Assembly: GCA_918797485.1 (NCBI GenBank)
Contig: CAKKNE010000003.1
Coordinates: forward strand, 372,001 to 436,000
Reading direction: 5' to 3'
DNA: 64,000 bases
DNA from: Pelagomonas calceolata
Taxonomy: Eukaryota
The notes beneath the pieces were generated by a model that did no database searches, was not told where the DNA came from, and saw only the letters and a list, made by a program, of their open reading frames with translations. Below, piece by piece: positions 49,381 through 59,079 of the stretch (positions are counted from its first letter, which is position 1; every line of letters begins with the position of its first letter). Position numbers and translations under genes: made by a program.

Positions 49381-49965
49381 TTAACTTATAACGCTTTCCT
49401 CATCACTCGTCGACTCGCGTGCGTGGACCTCGTACACCCGCGCGACGAGCCCGCCCGCGGCGACCTCAAAACTACTCCGCCAGCCCCGCAGCTCGAAGCC
49501 GACGCAGACCAGGGTCCCGCACCGCAGCTCCCGCTCGAGCTTCTCGCGTAGCTTCGCGCAGCCCTCGCGGAACAGGTAGGCGACGACGACGTCGCCGTCT
49601 TCGAAAATGTTCTCCGATTCGAAGAAGTCGGCCTCGACGAGCGTATGATCCGCGCCGTCCAGGGCCGCCCGGCCCTTCTCAAGTAGTTTCCCGTCGATGT
49701 CGTAGCCGACGAGGCGCCGGCAGTGTTTTCGGGCGGCGACGAGCCACCGGCAGTCGCCGCAGCCCAGGTCCACCAATCGATTGTCTCGCAGCAGGCCGCG
49801 CGCCTCGAGCTCGCGCAGCGTCTTCTCAATCAATTCGGGCGGCGACGGGCTGATCGGCGCGACGAGCTGATGACTGCTCGCACTCTGCTGTTCCGCGAAG
49901 CGCTGCTTAGCTAGCGCGATGAGTGCTGCTTTCGCGCACTTCTTCCGGCTCGAGAGCTCAGCCAT
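49381..49965 (-). CDS. Class I SAM-dependent methyltransferase (FAM173-like)
   Basis: PISPSP, LVDLGCGDCRWL, GYDID, ADFF, DVVVAYL, KLEREL..G..V.VGF...GW. Confidence 0.85.
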   Translation of the reverse strand: MAELSSRKKCAKAALIALAKQRFAEQQSASSHQLVAPISPSPPELIEKTLRELEARGLLRDNRLVDLGCGDCRWLVAARKHCRRLVGYDIDGKLLEKGRAALDGADHTLVEADFFESENIFEDGDVVVAYLFREGCAKLREKLERELRCGTLVCVGFELRGWRSSFEVAAGGLVARVYEVHARESTSDEESVIS

Positions 49966-50136
49966 TTTACGCTACCAGCTGCCAATAATCACTGCCTGCA
50001 GCAGGGCTACTCTCCAGTGGCACGAAATCAACGCACGCTTCGCACACCGCCAGGAATGGAAATATTACAATCCTCCGCAGCTCTTGGAGCCTGTGGCACC
50101 GCAGGAATGGCGCTACCGACAAAAAATCGACTGCTT

Positions 50137-50160
50137 GCTAGTGTGTTACAGGACGCTAGG
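50137..50160 (-). promoter_or_regulatory. Conserved upstream motif, copy 10
   Basis: Minus strand CCTAGCGTCCTGTAACACACTAGC between divergent genes. Confidence 0.6.
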
Positions 50161-50363
50161 CTCGAGCGCTGTTGATCAACAAACGCCCTGCCCAGCGCGC
50201 CTACGCGTAAGTAGGGACGTTGAGCAGCGCGGTACTGCACCACACTGTTCGTCTGCACGCCGCCCGGTGGCCCCTGGGAGCCGTGAGGACCCGCAACAGG
50301 CAGCCTTGACCACAGCGCGTTCTCGACCGCAGAGCTCGTCGTCCCAGAAAACCAAGCAACGCC

Positions 50364-53300
50364 ATGTCGAGCGTCAACCCCAACGCCGGCAGCGTCTTCG
50401 GCCCGGCCATGGCCGACGTCTGGGGCGTCACTACCAAAAAGCGGAAACGCAAGCAAGCGCAACGGGACGAACGTATTCAATCGGACTACGAAGCTCGACA
50501 CGGCGCTCCGAGAACGAATGCGAAATCGTTGCATCCGGAAGTCGCCGCCGTCGCCGGTGAGGCGCATGGTGCGCTGATCGTCGGGAACAGAGATAGAGCG
50601 ATCCAGCTCTTCGGGGAGGTCGTGCGGCGGGCGCCGGACCACCCCGACGCCTATGCTACCTTATCAGAAGTGTTTGAGGCTCGTTCAGATGAAGGTGACC
50701 TCGAGAAGGCTCTGCAGTTAGCGCTAGTCGCGGCCCACTTGCAGACCGAAGATCCAGAAGGCTGGCGGCGCGTCGCGATCTTAGCCTTGGATTCGAATGA
50801 TGATTCTACAGCAAAAGACGCGTTGGATCGAGTCCTGCGCATGGATCCTTCGGATTGCGCCGCATTAGGTGATCTGGCGCAACTCTTAGGGAGGATGGGC
50901 AAGCATGCCGAAGCTGCGGACCGGTGCGACTCCTTTTTATCTCAGAGAGATGATGTGACGCCGGAAGTCACTTCATTATACTTAGTACTGGCGGAGCACT
51001 GTAGTCAGAGCGAGCGCTACGACGAGGCCAAAAAAGCCCTCAAAAGAGCTCTGGACGATGCGCAAAGATTGGTGTCGAACGGCGACGTCGATGCGCGAGA
51101 GACGAAGGAGCGGGCCGCCGTCGAGTTGGCACGACTGAAACTGCGAGAAAATGATATTGACGGGGCTCGTCAACTACTAGGTGAAGCGTCGGCGAATGAA
51201 CCTTTGGATGTCTCGGTGTTAAGGGGTTGTTGCGACCGCGACGCGTCGAAATGGGCTCCGTTGATCCCGCATTTACGACGCGTTTCCACGGAGATCGGCG
51301 CGGGCAACGAGGCGTCGTGTCGGGCCCACGAGCGCTTAGCAGTTTTGGTGGAGTGCTGCTCATCATGCGCGGGCGACGACCAAGAAGATGTTGTTAGAGC
51401 CTTGTTAGACGGGGCCGCGAGGTGCGCCGCGGCGCGCGGCTCTCTGAAGAGACCGGACGCGGCGCTGTGGCGCCGCAAGGAGTCCGACGCCCACGCGTCG
51501 TTGTCGAACCGCTTTTTGCAGCGCGGTTCCTTGTATGCGGCGTCCCAACGCGCCGAACGCGCTTTGAAAGCCGACGCGACGCATGTCCCGGCGTTGCGGG
51601 CCTTCGTCGAGTGTATTAACAGAGGCGCGTCGGTCCGTCTGGAGGCCGTGGCGCAGCCCTTTGCGCGTTTAGCAAGAAGTACGAAAACCGCATCCAATGA
51701 GTTGGAGGCGTGGGTGGCCTACGCTGCCGCGCTCGAGGCCGCGCTCGAGGTCGCTTCCGGAAACGCGACGTTGTTGGCGATCGCGTCAGCTAGAGTGGCC
51801 ACGAAGTTGCGAAGGGTGGCTACACAACAACCTTTGGCCATCGCCGCCATGACCGTCGCGTGCGGCGAGGACCCCTTACTGGCGTTGAGCGCGGCACTCG
51901 CAAAATGCGGCCGGGACGCCGCCGACGTGTTTCGGAGGGTTGAGAGGTTGTGCAAGACCGACGAGGAAGCTTCTATTGCGGGTACTTTGAAACAGTGCGG
52001 TAATGCTTTAGATTGCACCGACACGGCGGATCGCGTCGTGAGGGCGATGGCCTTCGTAGAAAAGTTAGGGTTTGTTTTATTTGAGGGCGACGAACTTGCT
52101 TCCTTAGTGAGTGCGCGCTCTATGAACATAGAGGACGGTATGAACATGGACCTCGCGCGCGTGACGTTACAAACAGGCAAGGCGCCGCGCGACGCGGCCA
52201 CCGTTGAGACTTTACGGCAAGCTCTGATAAAAGCGGAGGAGCTGGACATGACATCAAGCGTGGAGTGCGTCGACGACGCCCTGTCCGACCTTTGTAGACG
52301 AGTGCAATCGCCGCCGATTACCTCCCTGGTCCAGTCGCGCCAGCGCTGCCAGCCGCGGAAGAGTACAACGCCCATGGAGGAGTCGTCGTCGTCGGACAGT
52401 GATCAAGAACCTGTTCAAAAGCGCCCTCCGTGCATGAAGACCTGCCCCGGGTGTTCCACAAAACTCCACAACTGCGTCAAGACCTGCAACACCTGCGGCA
52501 CGACGTTCGGGAGCAAGCCCCAACGACCGGTGGAATCATCTGATGACGACATGCCGCCGCCGCGCCAGGAGGACTCGTCGTCGTCTTCCGAGGGCGAGGC
52601 CTGCGTGCCGCGAAGCCGCGTCTACTTCGAAAGTTCCTCATCATCATCCTCGTCCGAGGAAGAAATTATCATACGGCCGTCGCGCTTCGGGCGCCAGCGC
52701 CAGAAGACGCAGCGCCTCTCGGACATGATGGGCGGCCGGGGCAAGAGCTACGACGAACCACGGGACATGGCGGGGCGCCGGCTGCCGTCGTCGTCGGAGG
52801 ACGAGTCGTCGTCAGATGATGATAGTGAGCCGCGGCGGAAGCGATACGTGGAGAAGCCCCACCATCGCGCCGGGAAAGCACCTTCCAAGGTCTGCCCGAA
52901 GTGCCAGACGCGCATGCACTCGTGCAAGAAGAAGTGCCCGACGTGCGGCGAGTGCTTTGGCACCGCAAAGGCCGGCGGCGCCCACGCCGAGCGCTGGAAG
53001 CACATCCAGTCGCACGCTTCCGGGAACACCGAGGCCGACGTCATGATCTTGAGAGTGGAGGAGCTGCGCGAGCGGTTGGAATCGCGGGGGCTGTCGTCCG
53101 AGGGCCTGAAGAAGGAGCTGCAGGCGCGGCTGCTCGCCGAGTACCGGAAGCCGCCGGGAGATCCGGCGGCCGACGCGGCGGCGGCCGCGGCCGCGGCCGA
53201 CGCGCGGCGCGCGGCGCCCGCGCCCGCCGCCGGAAGGAAGAAGCCCGCGGCCGGCGGCCCTCGGAAGAAACAAACACCGGCGCCGGCGCCGGTCAGCGGC

Positions 53301-53978
53301 CGGAAGAAGCAGACGATCGCGCCGCGGAAGGCGCCCAAGAAGAAGAAGGACGGCGACGGCGCCGCCTGCGCGCCGCGGCGGGCGGCGAAGCCCCTGGTCG
53401 GCGGCGAGGACGCGCGGTCGCTCATCGAGCGCGCGGCGCCGATCTCCGTGCGGCAGGACAACCCGAAGAAGGGCGCCTCGGCGCTGCGGTATGCCAAGTA
53501 CATGGCCGCGACCACCGCCAAGGAGTATATTGACCTCGGTGGTTCTAGGGCGGACCTGAAGCACGACATCAACAAGGGCTTCGTGAAGGTGCTCGCGCCG
53601 GCCGCGCCCGCGCCCGCTGTTGTCGTGATGCCTCCGCCGGCTCCGGCGGCGGCGGTCCCGCCCGCGGCCGGCTCCGACGACGGCGCCGTCGCCGCGCCCG
53701 CACCGGCGCCGCCGGTCGCCGCGCCCGCGCCGGCCGCCGCGGCGGCGCCCGCCGACCCGCGGCTCCGGGTCGGCCGCGCGGTGCGAAAGAAGTTCACGGG
53801 CAGCGGCTGGTTCGACGGCTCAGTGACGTCCATCGCCGACGGGAGCTTCGAGGTGCGCTGGTCCGACGGCGACGAAGTCTCGTACCCCTTCAAGGCGGCG
53901 ACGAAAATGCTCGACGCCGCCGAGGGCACGGCTGTCGCGCCCGTTGCCGCCGCCGTGGCCGCGCCGGTCGTCGAGTAG
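50364..53978 (+). CDS. TPR protein (TFIIIC subunit 3/Tfc4-like N-terminus) with two Zn ribbons, SAP domain and Tudor-like domain
   Basis: KKRKRK; GEAH..L..G..AI.LF.EVVRRAP..PDAYATL..V..ALQLALVAAHL; CPGC..CNTC and CPKC..CPTC; LRVEELRERLESRGLSSEGLKKELQARL; VGRAVRKKFTGSGWFDGSV..VRWSDGD. Confidence 0.8.
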   Translation: MSSVNPNAGSVFGPAMADVWGVTTKKRKRKQAQRDERIQSDYEARHGAPRTNAKSLHPEVAAVAGEAHGALIVGNRDRAIQLFGEVVRRAPDHPDAYATLSEVFEARSDEGDLEKALQLALVAAHLQTEDPEGWRRVAILALDSNDDSTAKDALDRVLRMDPSDCAALGDLAQLLGRMGKHAEAADRCDSFLSQRDDVTPEVTSLYLVLAEHCSQSERYDEAKKALKRALDDAQRLVSNGDVDARETKERAAVELARLKLRENDIDGARQLLGEASANEPLDVSVLRGCCDRDASKWAPLIPHLRRVSTEIGAGNEASCRAHERLAVLVECCSSCAGDDQEDVVRALLDGAARCAAARGSLKRPDAALWRRKESDAHASLSNRFLQRGSLYAASQRAERALKADATHVPALRAFVECINRGASVRLEAVAQPFARLARSTKTASNELEAWVAYAAALEAALEVASGNATLLAIASARVATKLRRVATQQPLAIAAMTVACGEDPLLALSAALAKCGRDAADVFRRVERLCKTDEEASIAGTLKQCGNALDCTDTADRVVRAMAFVEKLGFVLFEGDELASLVSARSMNIEDGMNMDLARVTLQTGKAPRDAATVETLRQALIKAEELDMTSSVECVDDALSDLCRRVQSPPITSLVQSRQRCQPRKSTTPMEESSSSDSDQEPVQKRPPCMKTCPGCSTKLHNCVKTCNTCGTTFGSKPQRPVESSDDDMPPPRQEDSSSSSEGEACVPRSRVYFESSSSSSSSEEEIIIRPSRFGRQRQKTQRLSDMMGGRGKSYDEPRDMAGRRLPSSSEDESSSDDDSEPRRKRYVEKPHHRAGKAPSKVCPKCQTRMHSCKKKCPTCGECFGTAKAGGAHAERWKHIQSHASGNTEADVMILRVEELRERLESRGLSSEGLKKELQARLLAEYRKPPGDPAADAAAAAAAADARRAAPAPAAGRKKPAAGGPRKKQTPAPAPVSGRKKQTIAPRKAPKKKKDGDGAACAPRRAAKPLVGGEDARSLIERAAPISVRQDNPKKGASALRYAKYMAATTAKEYIDLGGSRADLKHDINKGFVKVLAPAAPAPAVVVMPPPAPAAAVPPAAGSDDGAVAAPAPAPPVAAPAPAAAAAPADPRLRVGRAVRKKFTGSGWFDGSVTSIADGSFEVRWSDGDEVSYPFKAATKMLDAAEGTAVAPVAAAVAAPVVE

Positions 53979-54087
53979 TAATTCCTTGTGTTTCGTGACT
54001 CTTCCTAGGTGGCGCCACCGACGCCGTCGACGCGCACAAGGTACTACTAGTCGAGGTTAATCATTGGTGTTAGAGCTCAAGGCGGCC

Positions 54088-54627
54088 TCACGCGTCCTTG
54101 TGCTTCTGCACGGCTTTGGTGACGGCCTCGATGTTCGCGCCGTTGATGACCTCGACGCGCGAGTTGCCCTTCCAGAAGTGGAAGCTCGGCACCGTGCGGA
54201 CGCCCTCGCGCTTCATGAGCTTGGAGGCGTCGGCGGACGCGTCGCCGACGACCTTGTAGAACTCGGCGTCGGTGTACTCCTCGGAGATCTGGTTCATCTT
54301 GGGCTCCATGACCTTGCACGGCCCGCACCACGTCGTCGCAAAATCCACAACCACGAGCTTGTCCGTCTTCTGGACGATGTCGTCAAAGGCCTGCTCGGAG
54401 CCGATCTCGGTCATGGCCCGGCATCGCGTGTCGCGTGCCCTGCGTGGTGTTATCGCGTGAGGGCGTGGGAGGCGGGTGGCGCGGTGCGGCGCTCCGGCGT
54501 TTTTTGAACTTTGATGGGCTCGGCGCGCGCACCTGCTGACCGCTCGACCACTGATGGCAGGCGCAGGGGTCCATGCGGCGGAGGTTGTCAACAGGGCAAG
54601 TGCAGCTACTCTGCTTGCTGTCTTCAT
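54088..54627 (-). CDS. Plastid thioredoxin (f-like); exons 54627-54533 and 54439-54088
   Basis: VVVDFATTWCGPCK, VRTVPSFHF; bipartite leader MKTASRVAALALLTTSAA-WTPAP; in-frame 93-nt intron AG|GTGCGC...CACGCAG. Confidence 0.9.
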   Translation of the reverse strand: MKTASRVAALALLTTSAAWTPAPAISGRAVSRCARRAHQSSKNAGAPHRATRLPRPHAITPRRARDTRCRAMTEIGSEQAFDDIVQKTDKLVVVDFATTWCGPCKVMEPKMNQISEEYTDAEFYKVVGDASADASKLMKREGVRTVPSFHFWKGNSRVEVINGANIEAVTKAVQKHKDA

Positions 54628-54870
54628 CTCTCCTCCCGCGACAGCGCGTGCTTCACTGGCTCTATGTTTCGACTCGCTGCACCTCTGATGTGTCGCTGCG
54701 TGATCGCTGTCGCAGTCGGCCGTCTCTCGCGGCTCGTCAAGACGGCGCCTCGTGTTGGCTCGGCTGTGCGGAGATGATGAGCTTGGGCGGGGCCGCAAAG
54801 ACACGCGTTCCAACGACTGCTGTCGCCGGGGTGGTGTCCTGGATCGCTCTGAAGCAAAACTGCGATAACC

Positions 54871-54890
54871 GCTAGCTGTAAGACACTAGC
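54871..54890 (+). promoter_or_regulatory. Conserved upstream motif, copy 11
   Basis: GCTAGCTGTAAGACACTAGC (4-nt deletion) between divergent genes. Confidence 0.6.
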
Positions 54891-55079
54891 AGCCCAGCAA
54901 GCGGCTCTGGGAGGCCTTCCTGGGCGCACGAGCAAGTAGAAGTACCAAATTCCTTTTCCAGACGCCTCTTGGTGCATTCCTTCAAGGCGGCAGGGCTGTG
55001 CCGGCGTTCAGACGCTTGCAGACATTGCATCTCACAAGGTGCTCTCTGGCACTACCCAGACGCCATCGACGCAGCGATC

Positions 55080-55703
55080 ATGACCGAGCGCGAAGCCGTC
55101 GTCACGCTGGAGAGCGGCGCGACGGCCGCCCTGCGACGCGGCGCGAACGATCTCGGCGTCGTGTGTCTGCATCCGTGGGGCCCGCTGGGCGGGTCTCGCG
55201 ACGACCCGCACGTGGTCACGGCCTCGAACTTCTTCGCGGGCCGGGGCTGTCACACGTGCCGCGTGGACTTCCGCGGCGGCGTGGGCCGCGGCCACGGCAG
55301 TGTGGCCGACGCCGTCGCGGCGGCTGCCGTATTAAGGGACGCCGGCACCCAGCGCATCGTCGTGGTCGGCTACTCGTACGGCTCGCTGATTGCCATAAGG
55401 GCGGCGGCGAAGCTGCCCGATTGTGTCGGGTGGGTCGCCGTGAACCCGCCTTTATCGTACGCGTGGTTCCTCTACTCGTTCTGCGGCGACCACGCCGCGG
55501 CCGCGCGCGCCTCAACCCTCCCAAAAATGCTGCTCCACGCGACGGAGGACGTCTTCTGCTCGAATTCCACCTTCGACAGCTTCGTGGAAACCGTCCCGGA
55601 GCCGCGGACCATTGTTCGCGTCGAGGGCGCCTCGCACTTCGACGTGCGGCGGCCGCTCGCGGCGGCGCTGGCGGAGTGGGGCGGGGCGATTCTTGATAAG
55701 TGA
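55080..55703 (+). CDS. Alpha/beta-fold hydrolase
   Basis: HPWGPLGGS, DFRGG, nucleophile elbow GYSYG, D in TEDVF, H in ASHF; ATG 55080. Confidence 0.88.
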   Translation: MTEREAVVTLESGATAALRRGANDLGVVCLHPWGPLGGSRDDPHVVTASNFFAGRGCHTCRVDFRGGVGRGHGSVADAVAAAAVLRDAGTQRIVVVGYSYGSLIAIRAAAKLPDCVGWVAVNPPLSYAWFLYSFCGDHAAAARASTLPKMLLHATEDVFCSNSTFDSFVETVPEPRTIVRVEGASHFDVRRPLAAALAEWGGAILDK

Positions 55704-55731
55704 GTTCTGTTGTTAGTCGTGTGACTCGTGT

Positions 55732-56454
55732 CTAGCGGCGGCGGCGCTTGTAGCGCGGTCCGTGGCCGGCCGCCGGGCGCTCGCGTGGCACCAGCTTCCC
55801 GTCGACGACCGGGTTCGTCTTGCGCTTCCCTTGGAGGCCCGCCCGCCGGATCGCCGCGTTAACGGCGTGCGCCGCCTGCTCCTGGGTGTCGAAGAGGCCG
55901 ATGTAGAGCCGCTCGCAGTTCGCGTCGCTGTAGCACGCCTTCCACCGTCGCCTCTGCTTGCTCCAAGACACGCCCCAATACTTGGACGTCGTCTCCGTCG
56001 GCGCGCGCGCCGTGTCCGGGGCGATCACGCCGGAGCGATCGAGCTTGTTGTGCGGGCCAGACGGCTTCGGCACCAGCGCGCCCGTCGCGTCGACCGCGTT
56101 CGTTTTGCGCTTGCCTTCGAGGCCGGCGTCGCGGATGGCTTTATTTACCGCGCGCGCGGCCTCCTCCTCGTCGTCGAAGCGGCCGATGGAGCGCCGCTTG
56201 CCATCCGCGTCCAAATATTGCGCCTGCCACTTATTTCTTTCCCGATTCCAGACCACGCCCCAGAACCGCGACGACATCGTCCTCGCGCCGCCCGAGACGT
56301 AGGCGACCGTCTCGTCGCCTGAATCATACGCGACGGTCGTGTCGCCGTCTTCGTCCGGCGCGTCACCAACGCGCTCATTGTCGCCGTCGCTCTCGCGTTG
56401 AGCGACGATGATGGCGTCGAGCTGGAGCAAAACGTGTGGGGGGGGCAACTCCAT
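55732..56454 (-). CDS. Protein with two AP2-like DNA-binding domains
   Basis: SSRFWGVVWN...KWQAQ...IGRFDDEEEAARA and SKYWGVSW...RWKA...IGLFDTQEQAAHA. Confidence 0.85.
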   Translation of the reverse strand: MELPPPHVLLQLDAIIVAQRESDGDNERVGDAPDEDGDTTVAYDSGDETVAYVSGGARTMSSRFWGVVWNRERNKWQAQYLDADGKRRSIGRFDDEEEAARAVNKAIRDAGLEGKRKTNAVDATGALVPKPSGPHNKLDRSGVIAPDTARAPTETTSKYWGVSWSKQRRRWKACYSDANCERLYIGLFDTQEQAAHAVNAAIRRAGLQGKRKTNPVVDGKLVPRERPAAGHGPRYKRRRR

Positions 56455-56629
56455 GTCCGTCGGCTTCAGAGAGCACTCAGAGTCTCCCAGAGCCAGGACT
56501 CTCCCTGTCTCAGTGAATAGTATTGAGCCTTCCGCGCCTGGACCCTGGACTCAGTGGACCAAGGTTAAAACGCGACAAGTACGGAGAAACCGCAAATCGA
56601 CTTGTTCTTGTCCCTCAGTCTAGAAGCAA

Positions 56630-56653
56630 CCTAGCGTTCAGTAAGACACTAGA
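56630..56653 (+). promoter_or_regulatory. Conserved upstream motif, copy 12
   Basis: CCTAGCGTTCAGTAAGACACTAGA between divergent genes. Confidence 0.6.
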
Positions 56654-56844
56654 AACCTAGCAGGTGCGCATTGCGGCAGCCACGCTGTTGGTGGGCTGGT
56701 GCACGGTGAAACTTCGGCATTGTGTCGCCTATAACGCGTCGTTGCGCGTGCACCATCGATTCCGGCTTTAAACCCCTAAGAGCGCTACAACAAGCGGCAA
56801 GCTGAGCTGCGTGAGCACACGGCCGCCTACCTGCACGAGAAATC

Positions 56845-57969
56845 ATGGAGACAACGCCGCCGCCCGCACCCACCGTGCTGCGAGCCGTGAGCCTCGACTT
56901 CGACGACACCCTCATCGAATCCGAGGCCATGAAACGCGCCGCGCTCGTGCGCGTCGCGTCGGCCTTCGACGGCGGCGAGGCGGCGCTCGGCCGCATCCAG
57001 ACCGACTCGCGCACCGGCGCCAAGGTGACGCGGCACACCATCTTTCGGGATTTCTGCCGAGAGGTGCCGGCGGCGCGCGCCGTCGGCGCCGAGGCGCTCG
57101 TGGACCGCTACTCAGAGGCCGTGCGCGAGGGCATCGCCAGCGCGACGGAGGTGCACGGCGCCTCGCGATTACTTGCCGAGCTACGCGACCGAAATGTGCC
57201 CACGTTCATCAACTCGGCGACGCCAACGTCCGCGCTGCAAGACGCCGTCAAGGCGCGGGGCTGGGACCGCTTCGTCTCGGCGGCGCTCGGCGCGCCCGAG
57301 GGCGGCGGCGACAAGGTCGACAATCTCGCGGAGATCGCGAAGCGAGCCGGTTGTACGGCCGCGGCGGTGGCGCATATCGGCGACGGCGCCAACGACGCGT
57401 CGGCAGCGCAGCGCTTCGGCAGCGCGTTCTTCCGCATCGGCGGCGAGGGCTACCGTGACATTAGTGCCTTGATGCCGGTGTTGCTGGCGCGCCTCGGGCT
57501 GCCGGCGCCGGCGACGTGCCGCATCTGCGAGAAGAATTCAAAGCTCGACGCCTTACCCTACGGCGGCCTCGTGTGGTCGTCGCCGCGCTGGTTGTTGCTC
57601 CACGCCTCCAAACCAACAGGCGTCGCGGGCCACTTGATGCTCCACGCGCGAAGGCACGTCGTCGGGCCCGCGGACTTCAATGATTGCGAAGCCGCCGAGT
57701 TCGGCCCCGTGCTACGGCGCGTCTCCGACGCGCTCCAGACGGCTACTGGCGCGAAGCGCATCTATACCTGCTTCATGTCGGAGTCGTCGCCGCATTTGCA
57801 CGTGCACCTGGTGCCGCGCCTCCACGACGCCGACGTCACGGGCTTCGACGTGTTCCAGCTGCAGGCGCGGGCCAAGAGCGGTGCGGTCGAGGCGGCGGGC
57901 GATGACGCGTGCCGAGCGATCGTGGACGCGGTGCGCGCGGATTTGGCGGCGCGGCCGCCGTCATTGTGA
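56845..57969 (+). CDS. HAD-like phosphatase fused to HIT-family nucleotide hydrolase
   Basis: HAD motifs DFDDT, NSATP, K, IGDGAND; then CRIC, GHLMLHARRHV and histidine triad HLHVHLVPR. Confidence 0.88.
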   Translation: METTPPPAPTVLRAVSLDFDDTLIESEAMKRAALVRVASAFDGGEAALGRIQTDSRTGAKVTRHTIFRDFCREVPAARAVGAEALVDRYSEAVREGIASATEVHGASRLLAELRDRNVPTFINSATPTSALQDAVKARGWDRFVSAALGAPEGGGDKVDNLAEIAKRAGCTAAAVAHIGDGANDASAAQRFGSAFFRIGGEGYRDISALMPVLLARLGLPAPATCRICEKNSKLDALPYGGLVWSSPRWLLLHASKPTGVAGHLMLHARRHVVGPADFNDCEAAEFGPVLRRVSDALQTATGAKRIYTCFMSESSPHLHVHLVPRLHDADVTGFDVFQLQARAKSGAVEAAGDDACRAIVDAVRADLAARPPSL

Positions 57970-58113
57970 GTAGTAAAAGTAGTGTTTGTCGTTGACAAAA
58001 AGTATTCTGCCCACTAATGTACCGTTTAAGGTTAGGAGCTCGACTTAATCCAGAGGGCCCGAGGTAAGTTCTCGCGCCAGTCGAGGGATGGGGATGGGAT
58101 GGAGAAGAGAGGC

Positions 58114-59079
58114 CTAGGCGTTGATCTTCTTGAGGAACTCCTCGCCCGTCATCGGCGACGAGAACATGCCGAACGTGCCCTCGGTAGCGCCTCGGTGCCC
58201 CTCGGCGGACGTCGTCGCGCAGCAGTCAGTCAGCGTGATCGTGTTGAACCCCTTCTCGTAAGCCGTGCGCATCGTAGACTCCACGCAGCAGTTCGTGAGG
58301 AAGCCAGAAAGGACAACAGTTTCAATCTTCTTCTTCACGAGGTGGGACTCGAGGTCCGTGCCCGGGAAGCCGTCGAGGCCCCGCTTGCCGTTGACGACGA
58401 TGTCGCCCTTGAGTGGCTTCATCGATTCGTGGAAGTCCGCGTTCCACGTGCCCTGCGTGAAGAGACGGTCCTTGGCGCAGCCGGCGAGGATGCCGAGGCA
58501 CTTGTTCGGGTCTGTGTGGAAATTAGATTTCGGACGCCCCACGCCATCGACGCGACGTCGGTTTTCCACACAGGCCGAACTGTCCGAGGCGTCCTCCTTG
58601 AACATGATCGGCGCGTGGATCACGGTGATGCCCTTGGCGCGCGCGGCGGCCACCACTTTCGCGCTCTTCTCAAGCATACCCGTCTCCTTCATGGACTCGG
58701 CGACGGCGCCGTGCAGCTTGCCGCCCTCGGTCGTGAACTCGTTCCTGCGTCGATGGCGCCGCGTTAACGACGGCGTGACGGGCGCGGGTGCGGCGGGTAA
58801 CGGCGTGCGGCGCGCGCGCCATATCTGACTCGGGTCGCGGGAAAAAACGGCGCGCTCAGGAAAATTGCTGCGCGGCGTAGTTACTGGTACTCGATCAGGA
58901 CCAGGGCTGTTTTGGACGTATCCAACTCGCATCCACCCTTAGCTTTCGCGGGCTTGAACACGCGGGCCGATTTGGAGGACGTAAGACCTGCACAGCGATC
59001 TCGAGGGTTACAGAGCCGCCGGCCGAGCGCGCGATGGCGCGGCGGCGAGCGGAGATTGCGGCGCGGCTCACGCACCCAT
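58114..59079 (-). CDS. Isochorismatase-like cysteine hydrolase; exons 59079-59076, 58987-58885, 58744-58581, 58511-58114
   Basis: Spliced MGLTSSK...KTALVLIEYQ|NEFTTEGGKLH...ASDN|PNKCLGIL...GKRGLDGF...GFLTNCCVESTMRTAYEKGF; all three introns are GT-AG. Confidence 0.9.
58512..58580 (-). mobile_element. 69-nt Introner-like intron with perfect 11-nt terminal inverted repeats
   Basis: GTTCGGC CTGTGTGGAAA...GCGTCGATGGCG...TTTCCACACAG|ACCCGAAC. Confidence 0.75.
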
